DNA from: Alphaproteobacteria bacterium
GTDB taxonomy: Bacteria; Pseudomonadota; Alphaproteobacteria; MPNO01; UBA2964
Assembly: GCA_012103315.1 (NCBI GenBank)
Contig: WLWZ01000016.1
Location: 6,288-70,287, forward strand
Length of the DNA: 64,000 nucleotides
Reading direction: 5' to 3'
Shown here: piece after piece, positions 28,788 to 38,668 of the stretch
Layout of the letters: every line of letters begins with the position of its first letter
Numbering within the stretch: the stretch's first letter is position 1
Made by a program: the position numbers and the translations under genes
Notes under the pieces: model-generated
Database searches by the model: none
Seen by the model: the letters and a program-made list of their open reading frames with translations, nothing else
What the model was told of the DNA's origin: nothing

Positions 28788-31262
28788 TTGATGAAGAAGC
28801 TATTTAAGTTTTTGGCGGCATTAAGCGCCTTAACACTCGTCATGGGCGTCATTGGCGTTGCGGTGATCGTTGGTGTGTTCTGGCATTTTGGCCAGGGCCT
28901 GCCTGACTATAAGCAACTTGCCAGCTATGAGCCGCCAACAGTGACCCGTATTCATGCCGGCGATGGAAGCCTGCTTGCGGAGTTTGCTAGGGAGAAACGT
29001 GCCTTTGTCCCGATCGGTTCAATTCCAAAGGCCGTGGTAAAAGCGTTCCTCTCGGCTGAAGACAAAAAGTTTTATGAGCATTCCGGTGTCGATTTCATTG
29101 GCATAGCCCGCGCCGTGATCACCAATGTGCGTCGGTTCGGAACCAACCAGCGGCTCGTTGGGGCGTCGACGATCACCCAACAGATTGCCAAGAATTTTCT
29201 TTTGACCAACGAGGTCTCAATCGACCGCAAAGTTAAGGAGGCGATTCTAGCTTTCAGGATTGAACGCGCGTTGTCGAAAGACAGAATTCTCGAACTTTAT
29301 CTCAACGAAATCTATCTTGGCATTGGTTCTTATGGCGTTGCAGCAGCGGCACTGAACTATTTTGATCGCTCGCTGGACGAGCTGACCTTGCCGGAAATTG
29401 CGTATATCGCCGGGTTGCCAAAAGCTCCGAACAATTATCACCCGACACGGAAACCGGATGCGGCAAAAATCAGAAGGAATTATGTCGTCGGCCGCATGCT
29501 CTCAGACGGCTATATCACACCGGAATCGGCCGAAGCGGCAAAGAACGCGCCCCTTATTGTTCGCAAACGCAGTGGCGCTGCAGTCGCGCAGGCGGATTAT
29601 TTTGTTGAAGAGGTGCGGCGCGAGCTTACAGATCGCTATGGCGACAAACGGCTATATGGCGGCGGTCTTTCGGTTCGCACGACGCTTGATCCTCGATTGC
29701 AGAGAATTGCCGAGAAATCGTTACGGGAAGGTTTAATTGCCTATGACCGGCGTCATGGTTGGCGCGGTCCTTTAGCACAGCTCGATACGGCGAATGACTG
29801 GCGGAGGCAACTGGAAAAGGTTGCTTTGCCAGAGGGGCTGGCCGACGCGCGCCCGAGTTGGCGAAAAGCTCTGGTTCTGGCTGTCGACGCCGACAAAGCA
29901 GATATAGGTTTTTCTGATGGAGGACGCGCTTATATTCCTCTTAAACAACTAAGGTGGGCCAGAGCGTGGCTCAAGGAACAAAAACGCGGCCCGCGAATTA
30001 GAGCTCCCGATGAAGTCCTGAATGTTCTGGACGTCGTTTTGGTCGAGAAGTTGCTGCCCGACGAAAAAGGCAAAGAGCCACCTGACGGGGCGTTTGGCCT
30101 GCGGCAAATTCCTGACATTGATGGTGCTGTCGTCGCGATGAATCCTCATACCGGTCGCGTGCTGGCGATGAGCGGTGGATTTTCCTACGGCAGAAGTGAA
30201 TATAACCGTGCGACCCAGGCGAAACGTCAGTCCGGATCGGCTTTTAAGCCCTTTGTTTATCTGGCAGCGATGGATAACGGTTATACACCGTCAAGTATTG
30301 TCCTGGATGCGCCATTTGTTATTGATCAAGGGCCTGGGATAGGGCTTTGGAAACCAGCGAACTATACCAAGAAGTTTTATGGGCCGAGCCCTCTTCGTCT
30401 TGGTGTCGAGAAGTCCCGAAATTTGATGACTGTGCGATTGGCGCAGGTAATTGGAATGGACAAGATCTCGGGCTATGGCGAAAAGTTTGGCATCGTTCGT
30501 AATATGCCCGAGTTGTTGTCATCGTCGTTAGGCGCAGTGGAATCAACCTTGCTGAATTTGACGACAGCGTATGCGATGCTGGTTAATGGTGGAAATCGAA
30601 TTACGCCAACACTGATCGACCGAATACAAGGTCGTCATGGACGAACTGTGTTCCGACATGAACGCCGATTGTGTTCCTTTTGCAGCAACATTGAGTGGGA
30701 CGGTCAACCGGTTCCGGAAGTCCCTGACAACCGCGAGAAGATTGCTGACCCCGTCAGTGCGTATCAAATTGTCTCGATGCTTGAAGGGGTCGTGCAGCGA
30801 GGAACCGGGCGACGGATCAGGGCAGTGGGCAAACCTTTGGGCGGTAAAACTGGGACAACCAATAAGAGTTTCGATACCTGGTTTATTGGGTTTTCTCCTG
30901 ATTTAGCAGTTGGTGTTTTTGCTGGCTTTGATAAGCCTCGCTCGTTGGGACGACGGGAAACAGGGTCTTCGGTTGCAGTCCCTATTTTTCGTGATTTTAT
31001 GGCAGCGGCATTAAAGGATCAGCCCCCGATCCCATTCCGTATCCCCAAAGGGGTGCGTTTAGTACGGGTCAATGCGAGTACAGGGAAACTCGCGCGCGCC
31101 GGTGAAAGACACGTCATTTTTGAAGCTTTTAAGGCGGGAACCGAGCCCAAAGCCGAAACCATTGCCCCAATACTTCCTGTCATCGGAGCACCGACCTCAG
31201 ATAGGTTGACCACACCAAAAATTTCGACACCACCGGTTGGCGACGTTCGAGGATTATATTAG
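28788..31262 (+). CDS. mrcA: Penicillin-binding protein 1A (bifunctional glycosyltransferase/transpeptidase)
   Basis: 824 aa. N-terminal TM; GT51 motifs (EDKKFYEHSGVD, RKAKE-like region); SGSAFKP (SxxK) and KTGT motifs. Confidence 0.9.
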   Translation: MMKKLFKFLAALSALTLVMGVIGVAVIVGVFWHFGQGLPDYKQLASYEPPTVTRIHAGDGSLLAEFAREKRAFVPIGSIPKAVVKAFLSAEDKKFYEHSGVDFIGIARAVITNVRRFGTNQRLVGASTITQQIAKNFLLTNEVSIDRKVKEAILAFRIERALSKDRILELYLNEIYLGIGSYGVAAAALNYFDRSLDELTLPEIAYIAGLPKAPNNYHPTRKPDAAKIRRNYVVGRMLSDGYITPESAEAAKNAPLIVRKRSGAAVAQADYFVEEVRRELTDRYGDKRLYGGGLSVRTTLDPRLQRIAEKSLREGLIAYDRRHGWRGPLAQLDTANDWRRQLEKVALPEGLADARPSWRKALVLAVDADKADIGFSDGGRAYIPLKQLRWARAWLKEQKRGPRIRAPDEVLNVLDVVLVEKLLPDEKGKEPPDGAFGLRQIPDIDGAVVAMNPHTGRVLAMSGGFSYGRSEYNRATQAKRQSGSAFKPFVYLAAMDNGYTPSSIVLDAPFVIDQGPGIGLWKPANYTKKFYGPSPLRLGVEKSRNLMTVRLAQVIGMDKISGYGEKFGIVRNMPELLSSSLGAVESTLLNLTTAYAMLVNGGNRITPTLIDRIQGRHGRTVFRHERRLCSFCSNIEWDGQPVPEVPDNREKIADPVSAYQIVSMLEGVVQRGTGRRIRAVGKPLGGKTGTTNKSFDTWFIGFSPDLAVGVFAGFDKPRSLGRRETGSSVAVPIFRDFMAAALKDQPPIPFRIPKGVRLVRVNASTGKLARAGERHVIFEAFKAGTEPKAETIAPILPVIGAPTSDRLTTPKISTPPVGDVRGLY

Positions 31263-31319
31263 CTTGCGGCGCGACCAGACTTTGAGCCGGTCATATCAAT
31301 TCCATAGGATAAGAAGTTT

Positions 31320-32451
31320 ATGCGTGCGGAGACCCAGACACTAATAGATGAAATCCAGCAGTCGATTATACTGCTAAGGAGGCATCTTTGACTGGGATAA
31401 CGCCCTCAGACGTCTTGATGAGCTGAACGCGATCGCTGAAGATCCTGACTTGTGGTCCGATCAGGCGAAAGCGCAAGGTATCATGCGTGAGCGTACGCAA
31501 CTTGAACAATCAATTGAAGAAGTGACAGCCATCGAGCAGGAGCTCGAGGACAGCAAGACCCTTATCGAGCTCGGCGATGCTGAGGGCGATGATAGCGCCC
31601 TCGACGAAGCCGACGCAATGTTAGAACCTTTACGCACCCGCGCAGCCAAACGTGAGCTTGAGACCCTCTTGTCAGGTGAGGCAGATAGCAATGATTGCTT
31701 CCTCGAAGTGCATGCTGGCGCCGGCGGCACAGAATCCCAGGACTGGGCGCAGATGCTTACGCGGATGTATGTGCGCTGGGCAGACGCTCACGGCTATAAG
31801 GTTGAATGGCTGGAGGAAAGCGCAGGCGAAGAGGCTGGTATCAAATCTGCGACGATTAAGATTTCCGGGCACAACGCTTATGGTTGGTTGAAAACCGAGT
31901 GCGGCGTACATCGGCTGGTTCGAATTTCACCGTATGATTCAGCCGCCCGACGGCATACCAGCTTTTCAAGTGCCTGGGTGTATCCGGTGATTGATGATTC
32001 AATTGAAGTGGATGTCGAAGATAAAGATCTGCGGGTTGATACTTATCGGGCATCAGGGGCCGGTGGGCAGCACGTTAACAAGACAGATAGTGCTATCCGG
32101 ATAACGCATATTCCGACAGGGATCGTGGTTCAGTGCCAGAATGATCGTTCGCAACATCGCAATCGTGCAGCAGCAATGGATATGCTTCGCGCGCGGCTCT
32201 ATGAGCGTGAGTTGCAAATCCGCGAGGAACAGGCGCAGGCCGAACATGATGCCAAGACGGAGATCGGTTGGGGGCATCAGATCCGGTCTTACGTTTTACA
32301 GCCCTATCAGATGGTAAAGGATTTACGGACCGAGATTGAAACCAGTAACACCCAGGGCGTACTGGATGGTGATCTTGATGAATTTATGGCGGCGTCCCTA
32401 GCGCAGCGGGTAGGGGCCAATGCCGAAGAGGAAGCAGAGGTAGTAGAATGA
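31320..32451 (+). CDS. prfB: Peptide chain release factor 2, with programmed +1 ribosomal frameshift
   Basis: Frame-0 [26 protein letters not shown] stops at TGA within CTT TGA C at 31386..31392, preceded by AGGAGG. The +1 frame continues [22 protein letters not shown]..., with the SPYDS, GGQ and rest of RF2. Confidence 0.9.
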
Positions 32452-32765
32452 TTGTACAGAAATCTATTGAAGACAAATTGCAGGGCGGTCTCGATCCATC
32501 TTACTGCGAGGTGCTCAATGAAAGTCATATGCACAGTGTGCCAGCAAATTCCGAGACCCATTTCAAAGTCATTGTCGTGTCTGAGAGTTTCGGCGGACAA
32601 AGCCGTGTAGCCCGTCATCAGCTGATTAATGGCATTCTGGCAGATGAGATCGCTGGGCCGGTTCACGCGTTGTCCATTCAGGCCCATACGATGGAAGAAT
32701 GGCAAAAACGCGCTGGCGCAGTGTTAGAGTCCCCCGATTGTATGGGCGCAAACAAAACCCATTAG
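32448..32765 (+). CDS. bolA: BolA family protein
   Basis: 105 aa; LNESHMH...HFKVIVVS motif; overlaps the prfB stop by 4 nt. Confidence 0.8.
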   Translation: MIVQKSIEDKLQGGLDPSYCEVLNESHMHSVPANSETHFKVIVVSESFGGQSRVARHQLINGILADEIAGPVHALSIQAHTMEEWQKRAGAVLESPDCMGANKTH

Positions 32766-32768
32766 CCG

Positions 32769-33713
32769 CTATAACAAAGCTGTTAGAGTTTTCGCCCAGG
32801 GGAATGTGGCGCCAATACCACCATTATCTTCGATTTTGCGCTGAATTTGCGATATCCGACCCTGCGAAACGTCCGCCAGCTCAGCAACATCTCGTAAAGG
32901 CAAATTGCTCGCGCGGCGCAGCAGATAAACGGTCGCCTGAAAGGCATCGGGCGCCGCCTTCCGATTAAGTAAAAGATCCTTCGACGTTCCTGATGCGGTC
33001 GCAACAGTTTGCAGAACGTTCTCCGCAGTTGGTCTTGCCGGATTGATGACTTTCGCTGAGACTTGGTCCAATGGAAGCCTGCAAATTCGGTCAGCAATGG
33101 CTTCGAGAAAACTTTCATCCCCGAGATAGTGTCCGGCACGTAAGTTGTCCCAGGGCGACGGTGCGTCCAGTCCCTCACTAACATAATTCTGCCAGGCGTC
33201 TGCCTGATCGGCTCTTTCGGACGAGAGTTGATCTAACAGCCAATCGCGATGCAGCCATGATGGTTCAATTTCATCGAAGGCGAAGGGGCGATAGCTCGAC
33301 CATTTCCAGTGATCGACGCGGTTGACCGCCTGTACTCGCACCGGGTTCAAGGCAACATGACGGCAAACCTCCAGCAAATGGCGTTCTTTTTGGAGGATGA
33401 TCGATTTGTATCGACCGTGAAAAAGGTGCCCGGGCTGATCATACTGGCGTCCAAACCATTGGGAATAGGCCATGTTCAGACGTCCCATGCCACGACCAAG
33501 GTTGGCTTCTGGTGTTTCTATGACCAGATGGTAATGATCTTCTAATAGACAGTAGGCGTAGCAGATCCATCGATGTTGAGCGATCTCGCGCGCTAGTAAG
33601 TCAATGAAATAGCTGCCGTCTTTGATGCAGGTGAATAGCTGCTGTCGGCCATTGGCACGTGCCGTTACATGATAAACAGCACCGGGATATTCTATTCTGA
33701 GCGGGCGCGACAT
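32769..33713 (-). CDS. IS200/Y1-transposase-like (HuH, COG1943) protein fused to a C-terminal DnaA-domain-IV-like HTH; apparently domesticated
   Basis: N-terminus YHVTARAN...DHYHLVIET (HxH motif) with a conserved Tyr region. The C-terminus resembles the DnaA C-terminal DNA-binding domain. The gene is packed between bolA and DUF455 with no room for IS ends. Confidence 0.65.
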   Translation of the reverse strand: MSRPLRIEYPGAVYHVTARANGRQQLFTCIKDGSYFIDLLAREIAQHRWICYAYCLLEDHYHLVIETPEANLGRGMGRLNMAYSQWFGRQYDQPGHLFHGRYKSIILQKERHLLEVCRHVALNPVRVQAVNRVDHWKWSSYRPFAFDEIEPSWLHRDWLLDQLSSERADQADAWQNYVSEGLDAPSPWDNLRAGHYLGDESFLEAIADRICRLPLDQVSAKVINPARPTAENVLQTVATASGTSKDLLLNRKAAPDAFQATVYLLRRASNLPLRDVAELADVSQGRISQIQRKIEDNGGIGATFPWAKTLTALL

Positions 33714-33757
33714 GCGTAAGCATACCCGAATCAGTATTAACAAGTAAAGTAATGACC

Positions 33758-34528
33758 CTATTCTGTTTTTGGGGCATAGAATGATCGAGGGATTCCTGCC
33801 AATTGCCGCGCTTCGTCATTAAAGGGTGGTTTTAACGCGCCTTTAAAGTGCTTTCTCACCAGCTTTCGCCATGTTTCTTCGGGGTCTTTGTCTTGTTCCT
33901 TGCAGATATATTGAAACCAACGCTGCCCAATTGCTACATGGCCAATTTCGTCGCTATAAATCCGCTCCAAAATTTCGGTACTAGGGATATCTCCTGCTTT
34001 GCGGAGGTTTTTTATCATTGTCGGCGTGACATCGAGACCCCGAGCTTCGAGCACGAGAGGAACAATCGCCAGTCTGGCCAATAAATCATGGGCAGTTCCT
34101 TGCGCCGCTTCCCACAGACCATCATGCCCAGGGAGGGCACCATAAAAACTGTCGAGGTCACGTAGGCGTTTCGCGAGTAGCGAAAAATGTAGCCCCTCTT
34201 CCGATGCAACTTTTACCCAGTCATCGAAGTAATATTGAGGCAAATCGTGCGTGGAAAACCGCGCAATAATATCGCAAGCAAGGTCGATGGCGTTGAGTTC
34301 GATATGAGCCAGAGCATGGAGGAGAGCGATACGGCCTGTCGGGCTCCCAGCCTTACCCCGTTTTGGCATATCGCGAGGTGCTAATAATTCGGGTTCGCGG
34401 GGCCGGGCCGGGCGGTCTGGCGGTGAGGCAATACCGATCTCTGAAATTTTACCGTCATGCCAAGACGGGGCCAGCTGCTGCACGAGGGTAGCTTTGTCAT
34501 CGGCATCCGCACAGCTCAGCACCGACAC
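33758..34528 (-). CDS. DUF455 ferritin-like domain protein
   Basis: 256 aa; ALAHIELNAIDLACD...EARGLD pattern. Confidence 0.6.
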   Translation of the reverse strand: MSVLSCADADDKATLVQQLAPSWHDGKISEIGIASPPDRPARPREPELLAPRDMPKRGKAGSPTGRIALLHALAHIELNAIDLACDIIARFSTHDLPQYYFDDWVKVASEEGLHFSLLAKRLRDLDSFYGALPGHDGLWEAAQGTAHDLLARLAIVPLVLEARGLDVTPTMIKNLRKAGDIPSTEILERIYSDEIGHVAIGQRWFQYICKEQDKDPEETWRKLVRKHFKGALKPPFNDEARQLAGIPRSFYAPKTE

Positions 34529-34578
34529 CGCTGCGGCAGACAGCGACGCGCAGTTGAGGTCAATGGAATTCGTTGCCG

Positions 34579-35043
34579 TCAGAGCTTTTGTGCCTCTTCA
34601 AGCACTTTTTCGACATGCCCCTTGACCCGCAGGTTACGCCATACCGCTGCGACCTTGCCTTTCTCATCAATCAAGAAGGTCGAACGCACTATGCCCATAT
34701 AGGTTTTGCCGTAGTTCTTTTTCTCCTGCCAAACGCCGTAGGCTTCGCACAATTTGCCATCTTCATCGGCAGCGAGAGCAAAGGGTAGTTCGTACTTTTC
34801 CTTGAACTTGTCGTGTCGTTTCACACTATCTTTGGACACGCCAATGATTTCAGCGTTGATCTTTGAGAAATCAGGATGCGCATCACGGAACCCACAGGCT
34901 TCGGTTGTGCAACCGGGTGTCATGTCTTTGGGATAGAAATACAGGACAAATTTTTTGCCCTTGAGGTCCTTGAGCGAAATCGTGCCATCGCCGTCCGTAG
35001 ACGCCAAGAAACTCGGTGCCTTGTCTCCAACATCAATCGTCAT
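34579..35043 (-). CDS. bcp: Thioredoxin-dependent peroxiredoxin Bcp
   Basis: 154 aa; FYPKDMTPGCTTEACGFRD active site. Confidence 0.85.
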   Translation of the reverse strand: MTIDVGDKAPSFLASTDGDGTISLKDLKGKKFVLYFYPKDMTPGCTTEACGFRDAHPDFSKINAEIIGVSKDSVKRHDKFKEKYELPFALAADEDGKLCEAYGVWQEKKNYGKTYMGIVRSTFLIDEKGKVAAVWRNLRVKGHVEKVLEEAQKL

Positions 35044-35051
35044 TTTGGGTT

Positions 35052-35432
35052 CTACTCGAGTGTGTATGTTCCGGTAGAGAATTTAACATTGATGTTGAAT
35101 CCTCCTTCATTGACTTCCCAAGCCTGGATACGAAATGTCCGGAACCCTTGTTTGTGGAAGGGGTCGGCTTCGGCGACGCGCTTGGCTTCGGCCATTGATT
35201 TGGCGCGGATAACGATCATGCCGGGGCCTTGTGGTTTTCCTTTGCCATCTACAAACGGTCCGGCGGCAAACAGGATATCCTTTTTCTCAATCTCGAGTTG
35301 ATAGGCAATATGTTTCGGGAAAACCTTGCTGCGGTCCCCGGCCTTGTCTGTTGGTTCGGAGAAGATCACGTAAAGCCGCTTATGCAGCATTTTATCATGT
35401 AGATCATGAACCTGTTTCGCCGTTAATGCCAT
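35052..35432 (-). CDS. YciI-like family protein
   Basis: 126 aa with a Dabb/YciI-like fold pattern. Confidence 0.5.
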   Translation of the reverse strand: MALTAKQVHDLHDKMLHKRLYVIFSEPTDKAGDRSKVFPKHIAYQLEIEKKDILFAAGPFVDGKGKPQGPGMIVIRAKSMAEAKRVAEADPFHKQGFRTFRIQAWEVNEGGFNINVKFSTGTYTLE

Positions 35433-35607
35433 TTCTTCAAATCCTCTAGTGCTGAAAATACGATCTAAATTGGTTCGAGAATATGACGCCCGTGATCTAA
35501 GTCGACAAGATAAATAAGCCCGCGGTCATCCCGGTCACGTCACCGGAGTCCACGCTATTGAAATCAATGCGTCAAAAATTCGTTGGGTGAAACAGCGGCG
35601 CTGCCGC

Positions 35608-38600
35608 TTAACTGTCGGGAAGCTCTGCGGCAGGCAATTCAATGATGTCCTGGTAAAGGTGATAGATCGTTGCGGCGGTATCCGAGACTTGCTCCTTGAG
35701 CGCCGCAATATTGTCTGCCTTGCAGGCCGTGAGGAGCATTGCGCAGTTTCCGCTCGTGGCGGTTTGGTCATCGAAGTTATCGCCCGCTGTCAGCCTGACA
35801 ATACCTTGGAGGTTTCGCCATAGCTGCAGGGCCGCAAAAAGCTGATCCGCTGATCGGTCATCAAGGGCACCTTGGCTCTTTAAATTTTGCAGGGCCGTAG
35901 CGGTGTCCTGGTTTAGAACATCTGCATTTCGGTACGCGTGAAGGAGTTGCAGATATTGCGCGATAAACTCGATGTCAATTATGCCGCCGCGGATATTCTT
36001 GATATCCCAGGGACCAGAAGGGGCTCGACCATTTGCCAGTCGAACCCGCATCGCGGCGACATCCTTGAGGAGGGAGTTCGGATCTTGCGGTGTGGTGAGG
36101 ATTGATTGGATTGCGGTTTCTAATTTGGATCGCAGCTCGTCGCCAGCATTGATGACACGAGCGCGCGTGAGGGCCATTCGCTCCCATGTCCAGGCGTCAT
36201 TCTCATAATATTGAACGAAGGATTGATAGGCGCTGGCAAGGGGTCCTGCATTGCCCGAGGGACGCAGCCTCATATCAACCTCGTAGAGCGGTCCTTCAGC
36301 CGTTGGGGCGGTCAACGCGCTCAAATAGCGCTGTCCTAATCGCGTGAAATAGGGAATTGATGTTAGTGGCTTCACGCCATCTGATTGGTCACCTTTGGAA
36401 TCATAGATGAACAGCAAATCGAGATCCGATCCGATGGTCATATCCCGGCCGCCGAGTTTCCCCAGGGCGACAACTGCCATACCGCCGCCGGGGAATTTGC
36501 CATGCGCCGTCTTAAACTCGTTCTGGACCGCCGGACACAGTATGTTGACGGTTGCATCGGCGATATTTGCGATGGCGTTGCCGCTACCTTCCGGTGACAG
36601 ATACTGCCGAATGATTTGAACGCCGACCTGGAACAATCGATCATTGACCTGACGCCGTACGACATCAAGAACGTCCTGGAAGTCCTCAGCTTTTTGCGCA
36701 ATATCGGTCTCAATTTCTGCTGCAACCTGTTCGGCATCGGGCATTGCATCAAAGAAGTCTGCCGTAAGAACGGCATCAAACAGAATTGGGTGTCGTTTTA
36801 AGGTGTCGGCGATTTTGGGTGCACTTCCCATAATTTCCGCCAACAATTCTAGAAGTCCTGGGTTGCTGTTAAACAACGAGAAAAGCTGGACCCCAGCGGG
36901 CAGACCCTGCAAGAATTCGTCAAATCCCAAAAGCGCCGTATCCGGGTTCCCGGTTTTCGAAAATGCCGTTAGCAGTCCTGGCATCAATTCTGTGAGGAGT
37001 TCTTTGGAACGTGTGCTCCGCGTTGCACGGTAACGACCATGATGCCAGGTGCGTATTATCGACGAGACGGTTGAGGGGTCTTTGAAGCCAAGCGAGCTTA
37101 ATGTTTCCAACGTATCCGGATGATCTTCTCCACCAGTAAAAACCAATGTTCCGGGACCCCCGAGATCGGACGATTCCTCAAATAAGGCGGCGTAATGACG
37201 TTCGACTATTTTCAATTGTTCAGAGAGTGCTTGAGCAAACTCTTCGGCGTTCTCGTGCCCCATAAAGTTTGAGAACGCTTCGAGTTTCTCTGCGTCCGAG
37301 GGCACTTCGTGTGTTTGTTGGTCATCGATCATTTGAAGTCGATGTTCAACGCGTCTTAAGAACACATAGGCTTGTTGAAGTTGTTCTGCGACCTCGCTTG
37401 TGAAGTGCTCCGCCTGCGCGAGCAGAGGGAGGGCCTCGCACGTCTTCTTTGTCCGTAATGTCGTGTCGCGGCCACCCCAGATCAGTTGTTGGGTTTGCGC
37501 ATAAAATTCTATTTCCCGAATACCGCCGCGACCGAGCTTGACGTTATGTCCGGCCACGGCAATTTCACGACCACCCCGATGGACGTTGATTTGCCGTTTG
37601 ATGGAGTGGATGTCTTCAATTGCAGCAAAGTCGAGGTTACGGCGCCAAATAAAAGGACGCAGATAGTTGAGAAAGTCATCTCCGGCTTTGATATCGCCAG
37701 CGATCGGTCGGGCCTTGATCATCGCCGCTCGTTCCCAATTTTGTCCTGCCGTTTCGTAATATGTTTCTGCGGCGAGGGTCGAGATTACGGCTGGTGTCGA
37801 TCCAGGGTCTGGGCGGAGGCGTAAATCTGTACGGAAGACGTACCCGTCCGCGGTTCGTTCTTCCAGAATTTTAACCAGGTCGCGCGCGAGTCGGACAAAG
37901 AACTCCTGGGCTGTCCGTTTACCGGTATATTGGGTCTTTTCGCCGTCAAAGAGCAGGATGAGGTCGACGTCGCTGGAGTAGTTGAGTTCACCGGCACCGA
38001 GTTTGCCCATGCCTAGGACGATGAACCCGGACTCATTTGACGGTTGGTCGGAGTCTGGGAGCTCGATCTCTCCTGTTTTGTGACCTTGATGGAGAAGATT
38101 GGATACCGCAGCGCATATAGCTTTTTCCGCGAAGACGCTCAGGGCTTCAATGATTTCGTCTAATGACCATTGTCCTGTGATGTCAGCCATCGCAATTGCG
38201 AACGCACAGCGGCGTCGTGCGATTCGAAGTGTTGTCATCAACAGGGATTGGTCTTGTGTCGTGAGAGCAGGGTCACTGACGGTTTCTATGATGTTGCTAT
38301 AGGCGGCGCGAGGACCCAAATGGAAGACTTCGCGGGCAAAATCCCAATCATTGACTAGAGAATGGGTGAGAAAAGGACTATTGCCGAAAATCCCGTCCAG
38401 CAATGGCTTTAACGCAGCGTCGCTGTCGCACGTGGTGATATATTTTCTTAAAATTTCATCGTCGTTATGGTCGGCAACATCACGCCAACGATCCCATCCG
38501 GCGGCAACAGCGTCCAAATTGCCTGGAAGTGGCAATGGATTGGTAAGTTCAATTCCTTTTTCTGCCATATCGACCAATTGTTGCGTTCCATCTGGCTCAA

Positions 38601-38613
38601 TTTTGCCGCACAC
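35608..38613 (-). CDS. glnE: Bifunctional glutamine synthetase adenylyltransferase/adenylyl-removing enzyme
   Basis: 1001 aa. Two nucleotidyltransferase domains (GKLGGRDMTIGSDLDL and GMGKLGAGELNYSSDVDL). Confidence 0.9.
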   Translation of the reverse strand: MCGKIEPDGTQQLVDMAEKGIELTNPLPLPGNLDAVAAGWDRWRDVADHNDDEILRKYITTCDSDAALKPLLDGIFGNSPFLTHSLVNDWDFAREVFHLGPRAAYSNIIETVSDPALTTQDQSLLMTTLRIARRRCAFAIAMADITGQWSLDEIIEALSVFAEKAICAAVSNLLHQGHKTGEIELPDSDQPSNESGFIVLGMGKLGAGELNYSSDVDLILLFDGEKTQYTGKRTAQEFFVRLARDLVKILEERTADGYVFRTDLRLRPDPGSTPAVISTLAAETYYETAGQNWERAAMIKARPIAGDIKAGDDFLNYLRPFIWRRNLDFAAIEDIHSIKRQINVHRGGREIAVAGHNVKLGRGGIREIEFYAQTQQLIWGGRDTTLRTKKTCEALPLLAQAEHFTSEVAEQLQQAYVFLRRVEHRLQMIDDQQTHEVPSDAEKLEAFSNFMGHENAEEFAQALSEQLKIVERHYAALFEESSDLGGPGTLVFTGGEDHPDTLETLSSLGFKDPSTVSSIIRTWHHGRYRATRSTRSKELLTELMPGLLTAFSKTGNPDTALLGFDEFLQGLPAGVQLFSLFNSNPGLLELLAEIMGSAPKIADTLKRHPILFDAVLTADFFDAMPDAEQVAAEIETDIAQKAEDFQDVLDVVRRQVNDRLFQVGVQIIRQYLSPEGSGNAIANIADATVNILCPAVQNEFKTAHGKFPGGGMAVVALGKLGGRDMTIGSDLDLLFIYDSKGDQSDGVKPLTSIPYFTRLGQRYLSALTAPTAEGPLYEVDMRLRPSGNAGPLASAYQSFVQYYENDAWTWERMALTRARVINAGDELRSKLETAIQSILTTPQDPNSLLKDVAAMRVRLANGRAPSGPWDIKNIRGGIIDIEFIAQYLQLLHAYRNADVLNQDTATALQNLKSQGALDDRSADQLFAALQLWRNLQGIVRLTAGDNFDDQTATSGNCAMLLTACKADNIAALKEQVSDTAATIYHLYQDIIELPAAELPDS

Positions 38614-38668
38614 TGCGGCAAGCCGATGGACCGGTCAAGCGGTGCGGAAAACGAGACTGTCGAGTTAA

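Noticed and set aside
32769-33743. Calling the Y1 transposase gene an active IS200/IS605 element
   Set aside because: There is no space for left and right ends or subterminal hairpins. The gene abuts bolA and DUF455 within 3 and 14 nt. No TnpB/IscB partner is present.
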